A stretch of DNA of 62,947 bases, filler included, from Sphacelaria rigidula (lineage: Eukaryota), in NCBI GenBank assembly GCA_964200075.2. It is 6 parts of 6 records of this genome, joined end to end, with 100 filler letters (N's around TTAATTAATTAA, not from the genome) between each part and the next. Parts side by side here need not be neighbours in the genome. Positions count along the whole stretch, not along the records: positions 42,034 to 52,440 come from CAXNAA020006549.1; positions 52,541 to 62,947 come from CAXNAA020006550.1; 4 more parts are not named here. One strand, written 5' to 3'. The position numbers and the translations under genes are program-made. A model generated the notes under the pieces. It had not been told where the DNA came from. It did not search any database and saw only the letters and a list, made by a program, of their open reading frames with translations. Position 1 is the stretch's first letter. Every line of letters starts with the position of its first letter. This document shows, piece by piece, positions 48,702 through 62,152 of this stretch.

Positions 48702-51700
48702 GGCTTGTAACCTGCGCAATTGCGCAAGACCGATAACGTAGAGATGCGGAGGTTGAAAAGTAAACGTTTCGTCGTGGGGGTACGCATAGTTGTCGAGGAC
48801 TGAGGCGACGTGAACAAAAAACAAAAGGAATAGAGTGGCAGGGTACTGTCGACAGTGTTTGATCGACATGTAGTTCCGCGCACTCCGCACATGCATGCTG
48901 TCTAACACCTTTTTTCGTAAGTAGGTGTAGACGAAGGAAAAATAATGAAGAAGGCACACACAAACAGCGTTCGTGTGTTCAGATAGTTGTTGTTGTGTGT
49001 GCCGATGAATAGACTGTAAGAACAAAGACAAAAAACCCCCGACGGGTGTCACAAATGACGGACATGCAGTGACTGCCATCAGCGCACCAGGGCACTTGAC
49101 AAACCTGCACGCCATGAAGGAACAGGTGTGACTGTCAACAGCGCAACAGCGCATTTAACAAGCCTGCAAGCCATGAAGGGATAGGTGTGGGGTACAGCGA
49201 ACAGCAACGTTAAACCGCTTAGTTCTGTTTTGAGAACATGTTGAGGTTAAGAAGAAAAAACAACAACTGTCGGATGCCGTATTTCCAGAGGCGATACCAG
49301 CGCAGCTGGCGATACTTATTACAGTACCGCATAGTTTGCTGAAAATAGCCGAGTCGGGGTTTCGATCATGTATCATCGTGCAGGTAGACAGTCAATAAAT
49401 GTACAAGCACAACCGTAATATAAATATGTAGTGCAGTGCAGACAGCGACGTACAAAGCACCAGACAGCAAAATGCTCGGTGGCACAGTACAGTACATACG
49501 ATCTTCGCGTGGTGCAGCGAAGGGTCGGGTCAATGGTGCAGTACCAACGTCAATTTGTTCGTATCACACGAAGAACACCCGACACAGCGCTATACCCGCG
49601 CCGTGTTCATATCTACAATGCAATATACAGTCGTGGGCGGTCTAACTATTCAATTTGTGGCATTTTGCGATCTTTCCGTAATTGGCGGTTTTCTTGGGCC
49701 CTTTTCGCTTGCCACCGTCTATCACATTGGGGATCTTTAGATATTTGTATCCGCTCCACGTTCCAAGAAGAAAAAATCATATGTACTCAATATTGAGTGA
49801 CTTACGGGCTGACCGGTCATAGGGGGTCCTGGCTCGTTTCAGCCCAGATTCTTACTCTTCTGTATTTTCGGTCGATCGAGCCCGTCCTGATCATACTTGT
49901 AGAAAAAAATACAGTTTCATCTTTTTTTAGTTCTGCCTACTCATCGCAGTAGGGCCGAAAAACTGTGTTTCACGGTCGATAACACCCTCCTGATGAACGG
50001 GATATTTACTCGTTTCACCCGATAACACCAACTAACACTGACTTGGGCACTGTTTTCCGAGGATGATCTGTTGTGTTGTACCAAAGTCTACCGACGCTAG
50101 CAATTTCGACTTGTATCGGAGAGTAGTACGCGGGGAATACCCCGGAACACCCCGAAACAGTTAGACCGCCCACTACTGTAGATGATTTCGTTCAGAAAGG
50201 GCAGCAGCACCAACTGCTACAGCACGGCACCTCATCGCCCGCAAACATTTTGACCGTCAGGACCACTTGTAACTCAAGCGGTACTGTCCTGTGGTCAGTA
50301 CTTCAACTCGGAACAATTTTTGAACGCGAAAGGTACGCCGCCTTCTGGACGATCAAGTATGTACTGTAGTGCATGTTTGATGGGGAGAATCAAACTGTAG
50401 TGTATACTGATACTGTGTGGAAGTGAAAATAGTACAGAGTCGAGAGCTTGTGTACACGTAACGTAAGCTTCGCGCCTCGCCGTGTTCAATCATGCCCGTG
50501 TACCTTGCGTGTACAGACAACATCGTTAGTCCTGGCCCATTATGTCGTATCGGTATAATTCGGTGTACATGGTGAGCTTAACGTTCTGTGTTTGGGAAAG
50601 AGAAGTCGTCTGCACAGCGGGCTGCGATTGAAATAGCCCGCGCACGCTCTGTCTGCAACAGAGGCCGGTAGTTAGACACACATCGGTCGACTCGGTGTTT
50701 GCCGAGCCTAAAAGGGATGCGGACGGGTGCTGGAGCGGACGGGAGAATAAAGCGTTGTGTCTACTACAACGGGCGGGCTGGAACAAAAAACAAACTCGAG
50801 AGGCATAGATATCAGGGGCACTTGCGCGGATGAAAGTTGGGGACGGTTGTACAGATTGTATGTGGTTGACGACATTGTTATTTCTCCGAACCGTGTACGA
50901 CGGTACAAAAGAGCGTTCATCCGTCACAGAATATTGACGTGCCCCGTCGTCATGGCCTGTGGGTGGGGAAGGAGTGTGTTGTGTAGCGAAGGAGAGCTCT
51001 CAAATGCGGGCGCGCTTCAAGCACCTGAGCGTGCGCTCATCACTGTCTGAGACGGAACTGGGCACATTGCGAGTCATTTGCGGCCTGTGGTCAGACCAGC
51101 TATCAAACTGTAAGTAAAAATGAAGACACCTATCTCTGAAAAAACAAAACCCGAGTGTGGTCACACAGATAAATCGTATATACAAATATCAAGTGAAAAT
51201 CAAGAGTCGAAAATACAAGGCTTGAAAAAAGAAATTCCAGGGGCGATGTTGAACAGCGGCCGAGCGAGAGAGACAACCCTACAGCTTGAATGAAACAAGC
51301 TACCGTTGAAGCCCCACAATGTAGAAGCAAAAGCAATACCGCAGAGCAGTAAAGCCGTATACACCGATGCAAGCAAGCCTCACCCTTTGTAGGATGTCAG
51401 CAAGCGGTCCTGATGTTTGATTTGTTAAACTCAAACTGCAGGTTTGGGTCTCAACACAACAAACCGGCTGTTCACGGGGAATCACAGAGCCCAAAGCCTG
51501 AATACAATTAACAATCGTGGATAAGGATAATAGTACAGCACAGCTTGAGACTCACGTTAGAGGCTGTGGGCTCGCGACCGTGTAGACGGGAGAGACCGAT
51601 GGGGTAGGTGATGAGTAAAAGCTCTTGTTATATCCAACAGATGCTTGCAGACTGACCGGTGGATCGAGTGCGCAGGTAGGCGATGGTCGGGGCGCTGCTC

Positions 51701-52440
51701 GCCCTTACCCTGCCTCGCATACAAATGCAATAATACAAAATCAGCCTGACGCGCCATGCTGTCAGTGTTACGCCCAGTTTAGTGTCACGTTTTTCACCAC
51801 CCCCCAAAACGCGACTTGGTAGAGTGAAATAAGTCAAAAGGGCAGAGAAATGACAACTACGCTGATGCACAGCTGTAATGCTTATCCTATACTACCCCTC
51901 CGTCGAACTCCGGTTCAATTCTATCCACTACAGCACACGAACGATCGACGGATAACCGCGAAAAAGGCCAAGGAAATCTGTACAAGCCCACAAGCCATTT
52001 TCCGATATGGTCGACCTACACGCGATCGCAGATAACTCACGCTGCACGACTGGCAGCCCGCTCTAACTGAAGAGGCGAGTAGTAAGTGCTAACAGTCATC
52101 GTTTAACATCCAACTCGCGCTAATTAGTTCTCGGGATCGTGCGGAAATCGAGAAAGATGAACCTTACTATACATCGACATTTTCATCCACGGCAGGGATA
52201 CGCGCAGCCGTAACATGGAGGGCTAAAAGGGATGCATCTTAGCTACATAGAGCAATTTGATTTGTCGTTGCAGTTGCTGTGTGTATTGAGATATTACCAT
52301 CACGGTGGGGGGTGTTGGGACACATGAGATGCGGTGGAACAGCGCATCAGATAAATATTCCTGAGTAACTAACTCCGTTCCCCGTCCTCCGACGAAGGCC
52401 ATGACCGGTCTTGTCGGTACGGCGTGGGGAGGGTCTTTTC

Positions 52441-52540
52441 NNNNNNNNNNNNNNNNNNNNNNNNNNNNNNNNNNNNNNNNNNNNTTAATTAATTAANNNN
52501 NNNNNNNNNNNNNNNNNNNNNNNNNNNNNNNNNNNNNNNN
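52441..52540. other. Artificial contig linker
   Basis: 100-nt N/TTAATTAATTAA/N. Confidence 0.98.
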
Positions 52541-53368
52541 TCGTGCAGCACGAAACCAGCTCGAAAGGCAATTATGATCATCGCCTCCGTGCCCTTTATT
52601 GGCCGGTTCGGGGGGGGGGCTATCGCGGCAGCAGTCTATATAGATATACGGCTCCAATAGGAACGTTGATATCTCGGAAAGGTAGTTCAAGCTGTTTTTT
52701 TTAGGTTAAAAAAAAAATACTTCGAGAACGAGCAGTCTTTGGATTCGATTCGAAGAGGGTCGGTCCGAAACCCTAGTCACTCCTTGCCGTCGTTTTGTGC
52801 TCTTCTTGTGGTCTCACTCGTTTATTATTTTTGGTGACGAGATAAGGACTTGATTTCGTCGTCAAACTCTCTCAGTTTGTCACATAGCCTCAAAATGTCC
52901 GGTGTCAAGAGTGCTTCGCTGTCCACGATTGTATCTACCCAGTACCATGCGTCTCACTTTCCGATACTGTCGCGCTTCACACCATGTACTGCCCGACTTT
53001 TGTGCTTTTTTCGAAAGGCGTTACCGGGGTACTTCAAAAACAGCTCTCTCTCTCTCTCTCTCTTTATCTCTCCGGCCGTTTGGTGTTCCTCCAGAGACTT
53101 GTTGCTGCAGCGGCAGAAGCGTGGACAAAGACCTGGGGAATCATGCGCTGTTTTAATGCAATCGGTTTGGCGAACGAGTAGGTGGTCAAATTGCCAGACT
53201 GTTCGGAGAATAATGACTTTCGCGTACCGCAGCCATCGGTCGCATGCGCACAATAAGTCGCAGCGATAACTGGTGGGAAGGCTCCGGGTATGCTTGCCAC
53301 GCTGGGGGAAGTAAGGGAGAGAAGAGGGGGCGGCAGAGGCAAATTGTTCGATTTTGTTCGATTTTGTC

Positions 53369-53537
53369 AACACCCTGTACAATACATGGTCAATAGGTGC
53401 CATAGGCAAAATTGTACTGCGTAAATTATAGGCCTCTTGCAACTATTGTCGGCGACAATAGTTGCAAGAGGCCCATACTTTGCGCATCACATTTTTTTGT
53501 CGATTGCAACTATTGATCATATTTTGTCCAGGGTGTG
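53369..53537. mobile_element. hAT-like MITE, family A
   Basis: AACACCCTGTACAATACATGGTCAATAG...CTATTGATCATATTTTGTCCAGGGTGTG with ATTTTGTC/ATTTTGTT flanks (7/8 TSD). Confidence 0.85.
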
Positions 53538-55399
53538 ATTTTGTTTCATGTGGCATGTGTGGCATGTGTGGCGAAGGCATATGTTGAAGTGTAGTCTCTA
53601 GATTGCCCATCATTATCCTGAGCGAAGGCAACGCGAAGGTAATGCGAAGGCGCTTGCTTGTCGTTGCCGGGACAAATCATTCTCGCTGCTTGCAAATGGT
53701 GCAGATACGGGCGTGTATCGAGCAAAGCGCAAGATATATCACGACAGAACATGACATGAACACTTCCGGGCCTCGTCGTATGCGGAGTATTTTGTTTTGT
53801 TTGTTGCGCTTTTTCAGACACACACCACAGTACACAAGAGGTTGGCTTGCATAGAAGGCAGCACATTGAAGCGTCGGCTTTTGTGTGCCGATTTTCGCTA
53901 CCACGCAGGGTGTAAGAGACAGCTTATACAGCGGCGCATGGCCTGGCAGGAAGTCTCGGATAGATGCGCGGGGAGGGGGTTGGGGGGCGCATTCACTTGT
54001 TGCTTGCCTTCGTCGTTTGACCGTTGACCATGAATCCCTTTCGAGGCAGAGCAAGAGAGGGGAGGGAGGGGGGGGGGGGATGAGGAGGCACGATTCCAAT
54101 ACAGTGCTGTTCGGGAATTCAAAAATCTATTTGTGTAGTGTAGTCACTCACAGCAACGGGAATTCGCGCAAGAGTTGGCTAGAACCGACCATTTTTTGTG
54201 GCTTTGTTTTGTTGGTTGGAATTGCGTAGATATGGGTAGACCTGTGGCATGTAGGGGAACCGAGGCGTGTGTGCGTTTGCTGGAGGGATCTGGGAGAGAT
54301 GTGTAGATTTCATCGAGGCCACTAGAATATCAAGATGCACGGGGCGAATGATCAGGACAGAGCGCAACGAGTGTACTGCACCCCTTGAAAAATCAAGGGA
54401 TTGACTCCTGCCCGAATTGTCGGAAGAACAACGATATTTGATTAAGTTTTCAGCAATGCTCTACACCGGTTGTCGTGGGCAAAAAAAACGATAACGTGAT
54501 TTGTTTTGTCACGAGAAAGACACGGTCTTACGCGAACGTAGGGGATGAAAAATGTACCAAACGCGCGCGAGATTGCTCCCGGAACATGATGGAAATGTAT
54601 GGCAGGATGTCGACCATGCAGGAAGCAGCCTTCTTCGGCCATGATGAGCGATTAAGTAGTACCAAGATAACTCGATTCCTTTAACATTGTTCCACAGCGT
54701 CTTCTCAACCACACATTTATGAGCATGTAGCCGCCGCGCCACGATTGTGTAAAATGGTACAAGTGAAACGAGTCAAGGCGGGAAATGGGAGTTCGATTCT
54801 CGACGGATACGACTTCCCCTGATTCGTTCTCAGCCTCTATATGGGTCTCGCCTGCGGGTAGAATTGATTTTTGAGCGGGATATATAACTTGAAAATCCGT
54901 CACAGCTTAATCACATTAAAAAGTGTCACAATGGTCTACTTAACTACAGAACCGGAACCTGTCAGAGCTGAGTATCGTCGTCGTGACCCAAGTTCACACC
55001 ATCGTCCGATGAAGTTACGTCTACATCGCATAGCAGCCTTACGTGAGGCTATCCCCCCTCGAACCAACCCAGCCCAAACCGAGCAACCAACCATAGGTCA
55101 TAGTCCATTGAAGCCATGATTCGACTCCCGTTTTTTTTCTCGGTTTGTCTCTCATCTATCTTGTGATGGATTTCCAGCTCCGTTCCTGAGACATTTCAAT
55201 ATATATGCTATTGTCAAAAAAGCAATGCTTGCTCTTTGTTATCTCCACATCATTCCTTCATCATAGCAGGCCGGGTGTGCAAGGAGATTGATGACGAACC
55301 GCTTGGTATGTCATTACTCCCCCCCCCCGTTGTCACTTCTCCAAAGGAAGCGATAACACATCACCCATACGATATAGAGTATATCACCCCCTCCCCGAT

Positions 55400-55660
55400 G
55401 CACGATGCTACGGTAGGGATGCACTTTTTGCGCAAAATATTGTCTGGTTCAGGGGCTCCTAATGATTCTAGATGCACAAGAATATGGATCAGGGCATCCT
55501 CGTTTGCAAATCCATTCGGGATATCCCTACCATAGCATATTGGAATAGTGATCATGGCTTCCTCTCACATATTTCATATGTCGTGTTTTGGATTAGATGG
55601 AGGGCTCCAAATAATTCTAAGCTCGGAAAGTATTTGTGCACCCCTACCGTAGCATCCCTC
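55400..55660 (+). mobile_element. MITE family C, full length
   Basis: GATGCTACGGTAGGGATGCAC...GTGCACCCCTACCGTAGCATC. Aligns with 29839-30094. Confidence 0.88.
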
Positions 55661-57362
55661 CGATGCTAACAACCGGCATCATTACGTTCAGGTTGCTAAC
55701 ACTCATCACCGGGGGGTGGAGTACTCCGTTCTGTGCCGTATGCGAGCCAATGGTTAAATACCGGTCCTCCATTTTCTCGCGCCTATTTGGAGTGCAGTTC
55801 GCATCGTGTCGATATGTCCTTGTTTTTTTTTTTTTTTTTGGGAAGAATCGGGGGGTGAAGAATGGCTTTCTGATCAATGATGAGATCTCTGCACGACGCT
55901 CTCACGGGATGTGTTCAATCCACATGAAATACAGTAGTGGATGGAAGTTGAAGTGGCCAAATGCTGGCAGGCTCAAAATGTCCTGTTTTCACTTTCCACA
56001 CGCACCCAAACCTGGGGATGCGGCCAGCCTGTCCCAGAATTTCTTCATATCATTGGCATGAAGAAAAGGGTGGATAAACCGAGTATCGAGATGAATGTAT
56101 ATGTTGTGTGAACCGAAGAGTCGTTAACCGAAAGTCACGGGGTAAATCCGTTAGATAGGATCGCGGGTATACCATTTCTGAGAACCGCGTACGGATAGTA
56201 AACTCATACTGTCAAGAGGTTGTCAGGCGTGCACTACGATGCACGCGGGCAAGCTGAGCAGACGGATCAATCTAGCATTCCGCGCAAGGGTTTATGGGTC
56301 ATGTCCGAAACGAGCCAGACCTCAAGATAGTTTCAATCAATAATAGGTTGATACCCACTTGATGTTAAGACTCGTGTTCACTCGTATTCGTTATCGCTCT
56401 GTTCAATGCTCTTTCACGTCGCTTACTGAACTATAGCTAGCTTTGCAGCAGGCCCCACGAGGCGCAAGTGGGCCAGGGGGGCGGCTACAAGAATTGTTGC
56501 ATATTCCCTTTTATCAAACTCACATCCGATTCAAGCCTGACCAGACCCACCATCACAGTTCCAGATATTTGACTATGAACACCTCCTAGCCTCATGACAC
56601 TAGCCCACCAAGACGAACCTCTATTTACGATGAGGAGCCTTAAAAAGCAACGAAAATCGATGTTTTTCTCCACGTGAAGTCATGAATGGCGCGGAAGGCG
56701 AACTCAAATGCTTTTAAAGCGCCCGACCGTAGTAACTGAGAGAAAAGTGCACCCAAGACAAGGAGGGCAATGTCCACTCCGTTGCCTGATCCCCCCAGAC
56801 CTCAAACAAGGGAAGTAGAATCTGCTACAAAAAGCGCAAGTGCGCTTGAAGACTGAGGAGTACACAATGCTGCTGCGAGCTAGCGAACTCAATCGGAAGC
56901 GCGCTAGCCAAAGTAAAGGGGCAGAAGGGAAGACGTACCAGGGGCACAACGTCTACGTAGGTGATATCAAAGTCAGCTGCCAGAAGGTCAATCACATCCG
57001 ACCAGCACATACATGGTGGCTAAGGAAGGCGAAGGAATCAGCAACTCAAAGACTGCAAGGGGTCCAACGTCAATCATGAAAATCAAGAGCAAGAGTACGA
57101 AAAGCTCCAGTAACCGAGGATGAAGGTGCTCCAGGCGAGTTTCGTTCGTGGTCCGTAGCTGTGCGCCGAAGAAACTCCAGTTGTAGGCTGTTGAAGAAGT
57201 CAGTGTTGTTGAAATGGTTCGTCCTGAATGATGGAAGCAGAGGGAAATTCCTGAACGATAGTGGAGGTAGTAGAAAACAGGAAAGTGTCGTGGATCAAAG
57301 GCAGGAGGTCGAGTGGAATCTCAAAGCGGTGCTTTGACATCATGTGTGCGATCGATGTTGTG

Positions 57363-59223
57363 TTAGATTCCGCGGCGAAGGCCTTTGGACTTGAGCCGCT
57401 GAAGACACCAAGATCCTCGTGGTGCGGATGGACTGGTGGTATATAGCTCTGGTCAGAGCTTGAGCTGCACGGGTCCAGGGTCATCGATGAAACGCACAAT
57501 GGGTGTGTCAGTCGCGTTCAAGTTGGCGGAATGGGTTTGGCCCAGCCACCAAAAGTTGTCGCTGCCGTTGTACCACAAGTAGGTGCCTTTGGGGAGGACT
57601 CCCTGTTTTACGCGGATATTTTCTTCCCAATGCTTGGTGGGTACCAATTCATAACCATCGGAAACAAAGCGCAAACCTTTGCCATGACGAAGTTCGCGGG
57701 CTGCTGCGCCGTGGCGCATGTTGCAATACTTCTTGTTAGCGGGATGTTGCTGCTGAGGTTGCGTGCAGTATAGGAGAATAGCTCGGCGGTGCAGCTGAAG
57801 GTCAGGTTCACGTTCCCAGGACGCTCTCCAAACGCCTTGCCAGTGAATTTTGTACATGACAGCAATCTTACTTTCTCGACCGCGAGTGATCTGGTGACCA
57901 GAGATATGAGACACAGCTAGGCGAAGAAGCTGTTCCGTCACGTCATCAATGGTAGCGTGATAAGGCGGAGACTTGATCGAATAGCTGATGAGCACGTATT
58001 GTGTAAAATCGGCAGGGAGATATTTGGGCATGTCACTAGTGTCATGCGGGTTCGTGCAAGGTTTGCATCGATGCACAGAGACTAGGCTTTAGCTTCGTAT
58101 GCATGTTTTTTTTCTTTTTAATTATGCTAAATTTTTTTTTAATATGCTTTGCCACCTTGTTTTAAGTCCCAATTCATGCACCTACTTCGCATCCTTGTTG
58201 TGGCGTTGTGGCAGTATCCCCTCACGAGGCGAACCTTCTAGCACGAGGAGAGGGCGACAATTTGGGTATTTGAGGTTTAAAACTTTGTTTTTCATTGCAA
58301 AATACAAGTTTTCTTCATTAAACGTTTCCAGATCAGACCCGCAACCATGGCAGTTTGGAGTATTGAAGCCTCTGTGGACGGGTGACGAGTCACGCCGTAG
58401 GCCATAGAGGACACTTTCAGACAGATACTGCAATGACAGGAGGAGGCGCATAAAAAACTTATCGCAACTTTATGCGCGTTTCAAGCACATTATTCAGCTT
58501 GTCAAAAATTTCAAGCGCGCCTTAAGCTTGTCAAAAAAAGGCTCATTTTAAGCCCGAAACCCCCAAATTAAGCTAAAGCTTGTGCGCGCATACGAAGCTA
58601 AAGCCTAACAGAGACACGACATTTGGCGTCATGCCCCTGAAAATCGTGAGGGAGATCGAGAGATAAAGAAGTTTGTCGTCAACAGTCTTGCCATCAGGTG
58701 ACCATGGCGACGGCCCTACGGTCAAAATCTCGAATGGTCCTGTTCAGTTAGGGGATAATTTAGTCTTCAAGACTGCCTCTTTCTCGACTCAGTCGGCGCC
58801 TTGGCGGATGGTCGACAAACTGTTGTAAACCAAGACCCAATCGCCACCCTTTCAAGCAGGCCGTTTGTGCATCAAGTTGTAGAGAGCAGTTTTGGATCTC
58901 TCAAGGCACGAGGCGTTGATAACGTGCTGTTCACGTACGAGGGTGAAAGCTTTGCGCTGACATGCACGCGCTAGGTCATGGTAAGATATCTGATCCTGAT
59001 CCAAGCCTTGGTGACCATCAAAGATGTATCCCTCAAACACAGTGATGGGCAAACGGGGGCGGCGGCCGAGATGTAACTCGTTCGGAGAGAGACCGGTAGC
59101 GGCGTTGACCGAGTTGTTGTAAGACAACGTGAGATGTGAGAGATGAAGATTCCAATCGTTTTGACGACCGTTGACTACCATAGATAGCATCTGGGCCATG
59201 GTGCGGTTAACCCTTTTAGTACC
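57363..59223 (-). mobile_element. Ty3/Gypsy integrase, C-terminal half with chromodomain-like and PWWP/Tudor-like tail (degenerate, interrupted by a MITE)
   Basis: GTKRVNRTMAQML...YNNSVNAATGLSPNELHLGR, a GPF motif (~58730), ISGHQITRG...MYKIHWQG...SWEREPDL, and GTYLWYNGSDNFWWLG...IVRFIDDPGP. Confidence 0.88.
58083..58607. mobile_element. hAT-like MITE (TAGG ends) inserted in the Gypsy integrase
   Basis: Perfect 20-bp TIR TAGGCTTTAGCTTCGTATGC and perfect TSD ACAGAGAC. Removing it restores the reading KCRVSVHRCKPC. Confidence 0.95.
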
Positions 59224-59989
59224 TAATGCTACCGTATCGATATACTTCGAACATGCACTGGTTCAAGAAGGCAGCTCGCACAACACTAGTTGTCGAGGTT
59301 GAAGTCGATCAAACGAAGATATGCAGATGTCTTTATTATCACGTTGAATACCATTGGCATAAGAACGCTTTGTATGGCAACCAATCTGTATTTATACAAA
59401 TATGAGGGTTTCAGTCCGTCTACAGCTGATTTTCTCTCGTGGATGGATGCTTGGGACCCCAGTTCGTTGGGCAGTGTTTTTCGCCGAGCTCTGACGAAAC
59501 CAGATCAATTCCGCGATCCTCTGGACGTTGACCTTTGGTTTATCACCTTTCTGCTCAGATCGGGACACTACCGCATCTCCCCCGAATCTGGGCACGGTTG
59601 TCAATAGATACCAGTAGGTGAAAAAATGAAACCATATTTCGAAAATTTGGTGTGGATACTAAGATCTGAATTCTCCGGGTTCTCATCCTCAATGAAAAGC
59701 TCTATCTTCAATTTCGATCAACGGCTGTTATACCAACAAAGTAAGGGTATTCATTGAAATGCCGATGCCTATGAACATTTCTCAGCTCTGCTCATTGTTG
59801 GGTGGACTGTCTTACTATCGCAAATTCCTGACTGATCTGTCCTAACGGGTTCGTCCAACTACAGACTCGCTTTAAAAAGGCGCCGCGTTTGTTTTCACCG
59901 AAGGTGTGGAAGCTATCGTTCGCGATATGTTGAGAGCGCTTACCGAGAAACAGGTTCTCTGTTTTCCAGACTGGGAGGCGGTGCAAAAC

Positions 59990-62117
59990 TGCTCTCGCCT
60001 CTTTTAAATGCACACAGACGCTAGCAACGATGAGTTCAGCGCGGTTCTGAATCAACCTCAACTTGATATCTCTGTTCAATTAATCCTTTATACCAGCCGT
60101 GCCACCCTGTCAAACGAGGCGAACTTGAGCCCACTGGAGTTGGAAGACGGGGTCATCACTTGGGCTATAAAACGCCTTCGACAATATTTGTTCCACGTGT
60201 CATTCCACATTTACACGAATCACGGAGCACACGAGGAACTCGTTAGAGTTGGCGAACATAATCCGCGTGTGCAACCCTGGTTGGAATTTCTGACAGCCCA
60301 CCAGTATACTGTCATCCACCGCCCAGGCAAAACCAATGGGAATGCTGACCTTCTCTCCCACCTGCCCCTTCTCCCAACGACCGTAAACTTCAGCCCAGCT
60401 TGCCGATTCACTGAACCCGATGAACCGGGCGTGTATCCTATCCGATGTTTATTAACGCCCATTCACGCCCTTGACCTCCAGTGCCCAGAGACTGGTATGC
60501 ACGCATGGTCGGCCCTCGCCCGCTACCGTGTAATGCAGTATTGGGTGAGCTATAGCCCACGAACATCGATTTCGTCGATTTCCGCACTATCGGCCCTCGT
60601 GTGGATATTTCAGCCCCGCAACCCCCAGTTATCCATCTCATTTCCGACAATACGCGCTCTCAGTCTGCCGCCCGCGCCAACCCCCCCCCCCCACGCCCCG
60701 CGCCACCGACAACGACAACGACTACTGCTCACACGAGCAGCGTAGCACGGGCTCCCCGTAACAGCACGCCACGAGCCTCGTCAAAACCCGCCACGCTCAA
60801 TGCACGCAACAAGCGCCGATCACTTTCTCCGGCCAGCAATGCTTCAGCAGGGATTGCAGTTTTTGTTTCGGGGGCTCTCCTTCTTGTAGGAGTACAAATA
60901 TATGGATCTTACTGTGCAACCCAAATCTCTGGGGACCGGGCTCCCAGAACCATGGTGTTTGCACGAAAGGGCCTTCCGTTAATCGGCATCAATTTCAGTA
61001 TTTCCCAAGTAAAAATGATGCCGATTCATAAAGTGACCCGTCCGACACCCCAGCCCCGAGAAACGTTTTCGCCAAAAAAGCGCAATTTTACCATAGCATC
61101 ACTCCGGCGCGCACTACTTTGACAACGCTGCCCTCCGCGGCACCGTCCGTGCTCACCCCTTCTGATGATAGAATGGACGCCTCCGACCCTGACCCCGATA
61201 TGAATATTGACGTTGGCACCCCCGCCCCGTCGCCTGTCCCACCACTTCCTGAGCCACCATACCTGGTCGGCTCCCCGGCGGAAGGCCAACTGCGCGAGTT
61301 CCTCGCCAGGTACTCCCATCGTGATGGGGCTCGTGAACAACAAGCAGAACCATTATGCCGCGCCACCATGTGGTACTTACAGGTTGGTTGCCCTGTCCCT
61401 ATCCTGGCCAATGTTCTGGCCGCGGTTAGTACACTGGCATGTAAAGGTACTATCTCCACCACTGGTGACGATATTCAACTGCTTGTCCGCCACCCTACGT
61501 CCCAGCCGGATGTAACTTCAACCGCGACCACTCGACGTCATGCACGCCTACGCGATGAAAATCCCACCAGCATTTATGTCCCATTTGTGATGCGACCGGG
61601 AGTCATGAAAAGCTGCCACACTGACCTGTCTTGCCACCTTGATGTCACGCGCACATTAGCGCAACTTGAACGTTTTTACTGGTGTATCGATATGAAGGTA
61701 TCCACCCGTTTTTGGATCCGGCGACTCTTTAAGTGCCAAGCTCGCAAAACCTCACGGCAGACAATACGTTGGCTCATCATTTTTATGGAACTTCCCAACG
61801 TCCCTGGTCACCTCGTGCCTCTTGACTTTCCCGATCCCTTACCGACCACTGATCGTGGCAACACCTACACTTTACTTTTCACCGACCGCTTCAGCCGTCA
61901 TGCGTCCATGTACGCAGTCAAAGCTGGAGACTTCATAGCTGCAGGCACAGCTAACACCCTAGTTTACGACTATATTAAGCACCATGGTTGTCCGAAACGG
62001 CTCTTCTCCGACAACGGTCGGCAATTTTGCTCCGATCTCTCGGACGGGCTGTATGCGCTCCTGGACATTCGCAAGATAGCCACGAGCGCCCACCACCCCA
62101 ATGGTAACGTTGGTACT
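59990..62117 (+). mobile_element. Ty3/Gypsy RNase H + integrase N-terminal half (degenerate, inverted relative to the C-half)
   Basis: RNase H motifs HTDAS...ELEDGVITWAIKRLRQYL...YTNH. Integrase zinc region CHTDLSCHL...KCQARK and core FTDRFSRH, LFSDNGRQF, SAHHPNGNVGT. Confidence 0.9.
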
Positions 62118-62152
62118 TAAGACATACTAGGGCTAGTAGATTGGCTGTTACC

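Noticed and set aside
48750-52440. LTR and primer-binding site upstream of the Gypsy gag
   Set aside because: No second LTR copy exists in the contig to define the boundaries and no clear tRNA-complementary PBS was found; only a small ~60-bp tandem duplication near 49080-49200 is visible.
53677-53900. Cys-rich minus-strand frame resembling a piggyBac C-terminal finger
   Set aside because: The Cys spacing is not convincing, and no transposase core or TTAA-bounded ends were seen.
43287-62117. Joining the contig-5 Gypsy (PR-RT-RH) and the contig-6 integrase into one element
   Set aside because: They are separated by an artificial linker, and each has its own, clearly different RNase H.
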